From assembly GCA_030606635.1 (NCBI GenBank), contig JAUWGA010000001.1:1-35237 (forward strand): a stretch of 35,237 bases of DNA, given 5' to 3'. Origin of the DNA: Methanosarcinales archaeon (GTDB lineage: Archaea; Halobacteriota; Methanosarcinia; Methanosarcinales; Methanogasteraceae). Below are positions 8,611 through 16,088 of this stretch, one piece after another. Position 1 is the stretch's first letter; every line of letters begins with the position of its first letter. A program made the position numbers and the translations under genes. The notes beneath the pieces were generated by a model. The model was given only the letters and a program-made list of their open reading frames with translations, did no database searches and was not told the origin of the DNA.

Positions 8611-8988
8611 TCATCCGGTCCCTGGCAGGTGCTTTTTTATGCCATCGATCAACTCTCTGTGACCGAATGGCTTGGTGATGTATTCATCGACACCGACAAC
8701 ATGCAGACCGATCATCTTATCGATGGACTGCGCCTTTGCTGTGAGCATCACCACTGGAATATCCTTTGTTTCCTCGTTTTTACGGATTGATTCGTACACG
8801 CCCCAGCCATCGATATCTTCCATCATAATATCCAGCAGGATCAGATCGGGTTTTGTATCTTTGAGCATGTCCAGCGCATCTCTGCCGCTGTAAGCTGGCA
8901 GCACCTCATAACCCTCATTTTCAAGCACCAGTGTGATCAGGTCTACCGTATCCGGTTCATCGTCCACAGCCATAATCCTTACACTCAT
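8611..8988 (-). CDS. Stand-alone response regulator receiver (CheY-like)
   Basis: VDDE, PDLILLDIMM (phospho-Asp), MLTAK and YITKPF. Confidence 0.95.
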   Translation of the reverse strand: MSVRIMAVDDEPDTVDLITLVLENEGYEVLPAYSGRDALDMLKDTKPDLILLDIMMEDIDGWGVYESIRKNEETKDIPVVMLTAKAQSIDKMIGLHVVGVDEYITKPFGHRELIDGIKKHLPGTG

Positions 8989-9080
8989 GTAATAGATACG
9001 TTTTGTACCAGATGCATAATAAAGTAACCCTTCATCTAAGGATAGAAACGTTTATGTGACATCGCCAGAGAGTAAGATCG

Positions 9081-9257
9081 ATGGCTAAAAAGAAAGCAAG
9101 TGGCAGCGGACTCATGTCTTCTGCGGGTCTGATGAGATATTACGAGGCAGACGAGACCGCGATACGCATCAAACCAAAGACAGTGGTCATAATTGCTGTC
9201 ATGGCTGGCATATTCGCGATCACTCTTGGGTTTCGGTACGGAACCTGGCCCGGTTAA
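9081..9257 (+). CDS. secG: Preprotein translocase subunit Sec61beta/SecG (58 aa, absent from the supplied ORF track)
   Basis: Manual translation MAKKKASGSGLMSSAGLMRYYEADETAIRIKPKTVVIIAVMAGIFAITLGFRYGTWPG*. SAGLMRYY motif plus a single C-terminal TM helix. Confidence 0.93.
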   Translation: MAKKKASGSGLMSSAGLMRYYEADETAIRIKPKTVVIIAVMAGIFAITLGFRYGTWPG

Positions 9258-10864
9258 AGGCACTTCAACATGTATGCGCCTTCGCGTACATAACCGCGCG
9301 CCCTGTAATACTCGCGCACACCGATACCGCTTGTAACCGCGATTTTTGAAAATCCGTGCCCGGATGCAAGATCCTCTGCAGCAGCGAGCAGTTCACGCCC
9401 GTAGCCCCTGTGCTGCCACTGGTCACTGCGAGGGCTGGATTCTGCACCCAATGGCACCATCCTTCCGTACACCACCAGTTCACGCACGAGAGCCGCGCCC
9501 AGAAGTTCTATCCGGTGCGGAGAATCCGGGAACCGCAGCCGCAGAAAACCGATCAGGATACCATTTCCCCGATCTTCAAACGATATGAAGTGCTCGGTTC
9601 CGTCGCATGCACTGTACGTCTCGATCAACAGTTCGATCTTATCAGGCGCCATTCCGTGTAGCGATGCATGTCCGACCTCGCGGCACCTGATGCACCTGCA
9701 TGACCCGCCCCTCGACCTGAGCCGCTCTTCTGCAAGCTGGCGGATGTTGCTCTTTGTGACGCCTGCCGCGATCTGCTGCGCGGGAATGTCCCGCTGGATC
9801 CGCTGCAACCGCACCCATTTCGGAAGCACGCTCTTGATATCTGCGAGCAGCCCGATCGCCGATTCATTATCAAGCGAGTGGTAGCTGCCATCCTTCCACC
9901 ACCGGTGGAGCACGGTTCCCTCGGTGACGAGCGTGGGATAGATCTTCAGATGGTCAGGGCAGAATGCGGGATCGCTAAAGAGCGTCTTAAACATGTTGAG
10001 ATCGTCGTTGGCATCAGATCCGGGAAGTCCGACCATTATATGGAATCCGACCTTAAGCCCGCTGTCGCGCAGTCGCTTGTTGGCAGCGATCGAGTCCTGT
10101 ACGGTATGCCCGCGATCGATCTTTTCGAGCACGCGGTCATAGATGCTCTGAACACCTACTTCCACCTTCGTTGCACCCATCTCGAGCACGCGGTCGATCT
10201 CCTCCCTGGACAGATGATCGGGTCGGGTTTCGAAGGTGATCCCGATATTCCTGACCGCGGCAGTCTCGTTCGTGGCGATTATGGATTCGATATCGATATC
10301 GAGGTCGACATCCTGATCCGCCACGCCCGCGCCGCCGAAATCGTTCATAGCCGAAATCGACCGCCCGACAAACCACTGCTGGTAATCCGGCGGGCGGGCT
10401 GTGAATGTCCCGCCCATCACGATCAGTTCGACCTTGTCGACCGGATGCCCGATGCTCTGCAACTGCCGCAGCCGGACTGCCACCTGCTCGTACGGGTCGT
10501 AGCCGCACTGGATCGCACGCATCGTGGCGGGCTCTCGCCCCATGTAACTCTGCGGTGTCTGGAATACGGATGCAGGGCCGCCCGGGCATGGGATACATGC
10601 GCCATGCGGGCACGGGTATGGCGAGGTCATCACCGCAACCACGGCAACGCCTGATATCGTGCGGACTGACTTTCGCTGCAACAGATGGATCGCAACGGCA
10701 CGCTCATCCGCAGAGCAGAGCAGAAGGATCTCCGAATTCTTTGGGAGACTCGGGAGTTTGTACTTTGCGCTGACCCGCTTCTTGGCGGCATCGAGCTTGC
10801 GATCGCTCGTTATCTCGTGATTCAGGATCTGCTCAAGGATCTCACGGCAGGCTGGTTCGAACAT
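9254..10864 (-). CDS. elp3: tRNA wobble-uridine carboxymethyl synthase, radical SAM plus GNAT (Elp3). Start placed at Met33 of the long ORF
   Basis: RTISGVAVVAVM, CPHGACIPC (CX4CX2C), MGGTF, ETRPD, KIYPTLV, RIQRDIP, CRCIRCRE and WQHRGYG. Confidence 0.95.
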   Translation of the reverse strand: MFEPACREILEQILNHEITSDRKLDAAKKRVSAKYKLPSLPKNSEILLLCSADERAVAIHLLQRKSVRTISGVAVVAVMTSPYPCPHGACIPCPGGPASVFQTPQSYMGREPATMRAIQCGYDPYEQVAVRLRQLQSIGHPVDKVELIVMGGTFTARPPDYQQWFVGRSISAMNDFGGAGVADQDVDLDIDIESIIATNETAAVRNIGITFETRPDHLSREEIDRVLEMGATKVEVGVQSIYDRVLEKIDRGHTVQDSIAANKRLRDSGLKVGFHIMVGLPGSDANDDLNMFKTLFSDPAFCPDHLKIYPTLVTEGTVLHRWWKDGSYHSLDNESAIGLLADIKSVLPKWVRLQRIQRDIPAQQIAAGVTKSNIRQLAEERLRSRGGSCRCIRCREVGHASLHGMAPDKIELLIETYSACDGTEHFISFEDRGNGILIGFLRLRFPDSPHRIELLGAALVRELVVYGRMVPLGAESSPRSDQWQHRGYGRELLAAAEDLASGHGFSKIAVTSGIGVREYYRARGYVREGAYMLKCL

Positions 10865-10998
10865 TTGTGCATCTATATCATCGTGGTTGTATCTTAACGG
10901 TCGCGTGGGGTGGGTATCAACTACTAATAGGGACCTCGCCAAAGTGTTATATATCATCAATGAGTCTATTATTATGAGGCAGAGGGAACCTGTGGGGC

Positions 10999-13900
10999 AT
11001 GAATATGACGATTAACCTCAGGACTGGCATCATCGCTATCAGCCTATTTATACTCTTACTAAGTCCCATCCTTCTTATCCATGCTCACGGCGTTTCAGAA
11101 CGATATCCAAATGACACACCCCTTTCGGTCGGTAAAGCAACGTATGCGCTTTGTGAGACGGTCTGCATCACTTTAACGGTTCTGCCAGAAGAGATTATTT
11201 TTTTCAATATAATAAGCCCAACAGGGATCATTTATACCGCGCTACCATCCACAGACCGTGAATACCAGTTCAAGCCAGATACCGCTGGCAATTACGTGAT
11301 AAATGTTCTGTTGCGCTCCGGTGATGGCGAAACGTTCTTGACTACCGGGTTTGCAGTAGCAGATCCGGAGATCGTCTTTGGCGAGCCAGAGCAAGGGGGG
11401 GTAGTGGTGGGCGAACCTGTCAACTGGTCACAGCACATCTCCATCACAAACCACGAGAGGTTTCCCATATCAAATTTCTCGGTTAGTATTCCCCTCCCCA
11501 CGGGGCATTCCAATCTCTCTTCCGATGCAGGGTTCACAATTATCGATTCGTCTATTCCGGTTGATCTGGCAGCCGGCGAAGGCGCAAGCTTTAACATATC
11601 CTATCAGACGCCCCCTGTCCGACTCGCTGTGATAGAAGAGGGCATTGGCATCCTCGACTTGATCCCGCATGACGCGTTTGACATCGGGGTCTACAAAGAA
11701 ATTGGTACGGATGAAGAGGAGCCAGAGCTAACAGCTGAGATTACCATAAAGCAGGTAAAAGTCTGGCATAACTCGTCCATATATTATCATAACATCCCTG
11801 TTGCCATAGACGCGGAGGAATGCGAGGGGATTGTCGAACTCTTGGATGGCGCGGGAATGATTGCGGAGACAACGGTGGAAAGAAACAATAAAACAATTTT
11901 GTGGACGATTCCACAACTTTCTGACCGGACGTATGCGGTTGTTGAGGTAACGCGGGAACAGGGGGACGCTGAAATTGATGAACCGATCGAATGGCAGCTC
12001 AATGTCTCTGGCATCATCGTAAGATACAAAACGCCAGCACCCTATAACTGTCAGGATGCCGCAAACGATGTTGTTGGTGTGAACATCACGAACTTTAGCG
12101 TGTTTGCACCGATGGCTACACCATATAATCCTCTCGTTGTAACCTTGAACAGACCATACAACGGTTCGAAAATCCCTAATAACTGGACTTTACTAAATGC
12201 AACGGTAACAGATGCGGATAATGACACTATGGCCGTCTGTTTCTACGCAAATAACAACAGTAATGGTTTAAATGCTTCCGAAGGTTTGGTTTATATTGCA
12301 GAGAATGTAGCCAATGGGACTACATTGACTTATAATTTAACCGCACTGCCGGTAAAACCATCAGAAGACGGTTTAGCTGTGTTAATGCACTTTGATAATA
12401 GGAGCGAGTATGGTGAAACTAACACACTTGTTTATGATTTTTCAGGGAATGGTAAGAATGGGACGATGCACGGCGATACGTTCATCAGTTTATCAGGCAA
12501 GTTTGGAGGAGCAGCGCAGTTTGACGGGAATGGAGATTATGTAAGTGTTACGGATGATGATGATGATGATGATGATCCAACTGCCTATACCATTTCTACC
12601 TGGGTTAAGCCAGAGAAGGGTATAACACGCGTAAATATCATAGTAAGGACAGATGCAAAAGGTCCTAAAAAGTCGTGGTCCCATCAATTACGAATTACAT
12701 CAAAACGTAAATTCGAGCATTATCTTTACGATGTTGACGCTGACAAGCCAGTGTCAGTAACAGGTTCAACGACAGTAGAGTCCGGGAAATGGTATCATAT
12801 AGTGGGAATAGCAGAAAACGCTGGAAATATGAGCTTATATGTTAACGGAAGAGAAGAAGGCACAACCACAATAGGCACGATGTGGACGGGTGGCGATAGG
12901 TGGTTTGTTGGTTCTAACGCGGGAAATGGAATGGCATATTACAACGGTCTCAGCGATGACGTCGCCATCTACAATAGAGCCATATCGGCAGAAGAAATCT
13001 TAGACCATTACCGCATGGGTGAAGGAGCGTATTACTGGAATGTCGATGCATCCGACCGAGTTTCAAGCAATGAATCAGGCGCATGGAACTTCACAATTAC
13101 GCCGATCAAACCGCCCGACATTCGAGTTGTCGATGTAGCGTTCGATCACTGGGATACTGATGAGAACAGATCATCTGTCTATGAGACCGGAACCGGCTAT
13201 CACGTCAAAGAAAGTAAGAACATCACAATCAATGCGACTATCGCGAACTATGGCGTCGGAAATGTAACTTCTGACTTCAAGGTCTCGTTCTTTGACTCCG
13301 CTGGCGCGTATGGTAACTGGAGCCTATGCTTTTGGAACTCTACGTATAACGTGTTAACAGAAGGCGAACTGGGAAGTAGAACCACCGGGTATCCCTACAA
13401 CACCACGTATGTAACCGGATACTGGGATCCATCGTTGGTTGGCACGCACAACATCGCGGTATGGGCAGACCCGGATGATTATATATACGAGTCGCAAGCA
13501 AACACCACAAACAACAATGCATCAGCATTGATAAACGTCTCCGCGTGGCAGAAATACTACGGGAATGCAAGCGGCAGCATCGCATTGACAGTCAGTGCTT
13601 CCGAATCGGTGTATGACTGGACGTGGGGTAATGAAACAGATGCCGGGTACGTTTATATCGTAAATGCGGGCGTAACTGTAAACTGGAGCGCTCTACACGC
13701 ACTTGGATGCGATAGTGACGATACACTAAACGCGAGCGGACATGACTTTCTCGATGCCGATACCAACCTTGCCACGGTTGTCGGCAGCAGCAATGCGACC
13801 GGATTTGCGAACAATAATATCACAGAGTTGTTCAGCAGCAATGATCCGAGCAATGCAACGAACAAAACAACATTCATTGTGTACGGGACCAGTATATCAC

Positions 13901-14166
13901 ATGTACCGATCGTGAACAGCACCATGATGACAAACCTTATGTCAGTCGAGAGTGCGAATTTCATCACAGGGCTATTATGGGACGCTACTTCGGATACCAA
14001 TGGCTACTATGATACGACAGACGATGAGAATCTCGTATTCGTCACAAAGATAAGAGTGGCTGCAGTAGGTATCGGCAGCACGGCGCATAATTATGAATTC
14101 GCAGCCCCTTGCACGCTTAATCCGATGTCCGGAGGCGATCTGGATATTTATATGGAGTTAAAATGA
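10999..14166 (+). CDS. Large secreted multidomain protein: Ig-like region, LamG/ConA-like lectin domain, CARDB-like domain and C-terminal WxxYYGN domain (putative filament tip adhesin)
   Basis: Signal peptide. LamG hallmarks (YDFSGNGKNGT, GKFGGAAQFDG, TISTWVK, WYHIVG, LYVNG, DDVAIYNRAIS). CARDB-like NATIANYG...WADPDDYIYES...NN. C-terminus resembles the 241-aa protein. Many N-x-S/T sequons. Confidence 0.8.
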   Translation: MNMTINLRTGIIAISLFILLLSPILLIHAHGVSERYPNDTPLSVGKATYALCETVCITLTVLPEEIIFFNIISPTGIIYTALPSTDREYQFKPDTAGNYVINVLLRSGDGETFLTTGFAVADPEIVFGEPEQGGVVVGEPVNWSQHISITNHERFPISNFSVSIPLPTGHSNLSSDAGFTIIDSSIPVDLAAGEGASFNISYQTPPVRLAVIEEGIGILDLIPHDAFDIGVYKEIGTDEEEPELTAEITIKQVKVWHNSSIYYHNIPVAIDAEECEGIVELLDGAGMIAETTVERNNKTILWTIPQLSDRTYAVVEVTREQGDAEIDEPIEWQLNVSGIIVRYKTPAPYNCQDAANDVVGVNITNFSVFAPMATPYNPLVVTLNRPYNGSKIPNNWTLLNATVTDADNDTMAVCFYANNNSNGLNASEGLVYIAENVANGTTLTYNLTALPVKPSEDGLAVLMHFDNRSEYGETNTLVYDFSGNGKNGTMHGDTFISLSGKFGGAAQFDGNGDYVSVTDDDDDDDDPTAYTISTWVKPEKGITRVNIIVRTDAKGPKKSWSHQLRITSKRKFEHYLYDVDADKPVSVTGSTTVESGKWYHIVGIAENAGNMSLYVNGREEGTTTIGTMWTGGDRWFVGSNAGNGMAYYNGLSDDVAIYNRAISAEEILDHYRMGEGAYYWNVDASDRVSSNESGAWNFTITPIKPPDIRVVDVAFDHWDTDENRSSVYETGTGYHVKESKNITINATIANYGVGNVTSDFKVSFFDSAGAYGNWSLCFWNSTYNVLTEGELGSRTTGYPYNTTYVTGYWDPSLVGTHNIAVWADPDDYIYESQANTTNNNASALINVSAWQKYYGNASGSIALTVSASESVYDWTWGNETDAGYVYIVNAGVTVNWSALHALGCDSDDTLNASGHDFLDADTNLATVVGSSNATGFANNNITELFSSNDPSNATNKTTFIVYGTSISHVPIVNSTMMTNLMSVESANFITGLLWDATSDTNGYYDTTDDENLVFVTKIRVAAVGIGSTAHNYEFAAPCTLNPMSGGDLDIYMELK
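12553..12576 (+). repeat. (GAT)8 microsatellite encoding Asp8 inside the LamG domain
   Basis: Direct read of eight GAT units. Confidence 0.9.
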
Positions 14167-14184
14167 TGAAAAGTGTGTGGATGA

Positions 14185-14280
14185 AATCTATGTAATCAGT
14201 GCAATCTGTGGTTAATAACTCTTATGCACGACGAGCAGCGGCGCAGCCATAACACAAGATTTCCACAGATTAAGAGTTAT
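14185..14280. repeat. Degenerate 9-mer tandem (AATCTATGT AATCAGTGC AATCTGTGG) with interleaved inverted repeats
   Basis: AATCTGTGG 14203-14211 pairs with CCACAGATT 14263-14271. ATAACTCTTA 14215-14224 pairs with TAAGAGTTAT 14271-14280. CCACAGATTA recurs at 16037-16046. Confidence 0.55.
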
Positions 14281-15072
14281 CTGCCCAACGTGAGATTTAT
14301 TCGGGAGGATTTCATACAGTATTCAGGCGTAGTCTTCTACATCGCCGAGGGGATACGACTCGGACACCGGCACCCGGGTTGACCGCCCCTGCACTTTGCA
14401 CGAAAGACTTAATATGCGAAAGTTGCAAGTAGGTTGCAGAGGCATGCATAAGCACATTCGTGTCTCGCGGGTTGAAAAGCATCTGAAAGCGTGTCAGGGT
14501 TGGTCACGCAGGAAATCGGATTGCACCACGCATCCCAAATGCGAAAAAAGGGGTACAATAGTGTCGGTACACAGAACCATCTTGACCGCTGTGCTGCAGC
14601 GTTCCGTCGCGGCGCATGCCAGAACGGCTCTCGCGGAATCTGTCGGATCTGAAGATGTGAGCGGTGCTGCCGCTGCCAGCCCGGATGTGACTGCTACGAA
14701 TCGCGAAGGTTGTGCAGCAACCTGGAACTTAAGCGTAAACGGCAGAGGGCCCATCTACAATCCAGTCCATGCCGGCACTCAAACGATAGCGCCCCTGGAC
14801 ACAGAGTCGTGACTGTGGAGGCTGAAGCAGACGCGGGTCCGGATCTCTTAATGGAGTCGGGGCGGGAAAAAGCACGAATGGAATCACGGTCATGGGAGGT
14901 CCCAAAATAAGTCTTGTGGCTAAAAGAGGCAAGGGGGCGGGTAAATAGAAGATAAAGAGTAATACAGGGGCGGGAACGAGGGGCTGATCCCATGGATCTA
15001 AAACGTATCGAATAACGAACAACAGAACAGATTTGCAAAAGAGCAGATTTACACACAAAGGAGATAGAATAA

Positions 15073-15798
15073 ATGAAAATGAAAACAATTGAGGTGGCTA
15101 CGATCGTGATCGCTCTGGTGGTGGCATTCACAGGGATCGTGAGTGCAGATCCGGACGGTGTAGCAGGCAATGCTACTGATCCTGTAACGAAACCTACAGT
15201 AGCTGCAGGACAAGATGACGCACAAGGTGGCTATATTACAGGCTTTGATCTCACTGTAATGCAGCAGACTGCCAAGTGGCAAGGCTACTATGGCAACATA
15301 ACTGCTGAAATTACATTGGATGATGACAATAGTGCTACGTTGTACAATTGGACCACTGCTGCGCCTACCGGCGAAGTGTACGCAACAACACTAAACACAC
15401 TGCCTGTTTGGTCCAACTTTATCAACAATGCAAGTCTTAGCGCTGTAGACACTGCTTACGGCTTCGTGTCGGGTGAGTCAGATAATACGGCGGAAACTTT
15501 CTCACTTACCAACCATACCGCCTTCCATCTTGCAGGCAATGAGATTGCCGCAGGAGTGGGGCGATGTGCTAAGACATACGAGGGTCCAGGCAATACCGGC
15601 GACTGGGAAACCGTACTGCTATGGGATGACGATGGCACGGCTACAGACAACTATCTATTCGCAGGGATCATCAGAGATAATACGGCAAGTTACAAAAACA
15701 CAAACGAAACTCCGGATACTTGCGATTACCAGATGATCGTACCAGAGAACCCTTTGAACGGCACAACCACATACTACTTCTACGCGGAACTAACGTGA
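15073..15798 (+). CDS. Secreted single-domain WxxYYGN protein (putative major filament subunit)
   Basis: Sec signal peptide (..GIVSA|D). DDAQGGYI N-terminal strand, WQGYYGN, LLWD, DYQMIVPE and terminal YYFYAELT. AAGGAGA RBS. Two 3' hairpins. Confidence 0.8.
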   Translation: MKMKTIEVATIVIALVVAFTGIVSADPDGVAGNATDPVTKPTVAAGQDDAQGGYITGFDLTVMQQTAKWQGYYGNITAEITLDDDNSATLYNWTTAAPTGEVYATTLNTLPVWSNFINNASLSAVDTAYGFVSGESDNTAETFSLTNHTAFHLAGNEIAAGVGRCAKTYEGPGNTGDWETVLLWDDDGTATDNYLFAGIIRDNTASYKNTNETPDTCDYQMIVPENPLNGTTTYYFYAELT

Positions 15799-15812
15799 TC
15801 CGCGTAGAAGTA
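15775..15812 (+). other. Perfect 14-bp hairpin whose 10-nt loop ends in the stop codon of the 241-aa gene
   Basis: TACTTCTACGCGGA (15775-15788) / TCCGCGTAGAAGTA (15799-15812), loop ACTAACGTGA. Confidence 0.8.
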
Positions 15813-15821
15813 TAAATACAT

Positions 15822-15854
15822 AGGGAGTCTCTCCGACTCCCTCTTTCATTTCTT
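15822..15854 (+). terminator. Hairpin plus pyrimidine-tract terminator of the 241-aa gene
   Basis: AGGGAGTC-TCTCC-GACTCCCT followed by CTTTCATTTCTT. Confidence 0.7.
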
Positions 15855-16088
15855 CCGCAGCCAAACCGGTAACAAAGATCATGACACCGACTACACCAAT
15901 TTCACCCACAACTTACTTGGGCCCGGGTTATAACAGTCCCCGTGCGATTGTGTCTGTCTGGCGCTGGTCTTCAAGTCACGCCCTTTGGTGGTGGGTATCC
16001 GAATGCGCCTCGAATATCATAAGAAAAGTTTTTTAGCCACAGATTACATGGCTAACGCTTTTGGAGTACCAGAGAAGGTATACAACCG

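Noticed and set aside
10865..10960. N-terminal 32-aa extension of Elp3 in the ORF track
   Set aside because: It runs through the AT-rich divergent promoter region (TTATATAT near 10948-10955). Family-like sequence starts around Met33.
4991..14289. GTTGGGCAGA / TCTGCCCAAC 10-mer pair as integron attC-like or inversion ends
   Set aside because: A single 10-bp match 9 kb apart, with no paired attC structure and no integrase.
14396..14812. 138-aa ORF and other short ORFs in the gap before the 241-aa gene
   Set aside because: TTG start without an RBS, atypical composition and no motifs. Treated as non-coding.
15700..15854. Diversity-generating retroelement target (3' hairpin after a surface gene), or a Sec/Pyl read-through signal
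   Set aside because: No reverse transcriptase and no adenine-variant template repeat were seen. Read-through of the TGA meets a TAG after two further codons.
16053..16068. Possible sixth, degenerate copy of the palindromic element (TAACGCTTTTGGAGTA)
   Set aside because: Only a partial left-end match. It lacks the GTCGAC core and the right end.
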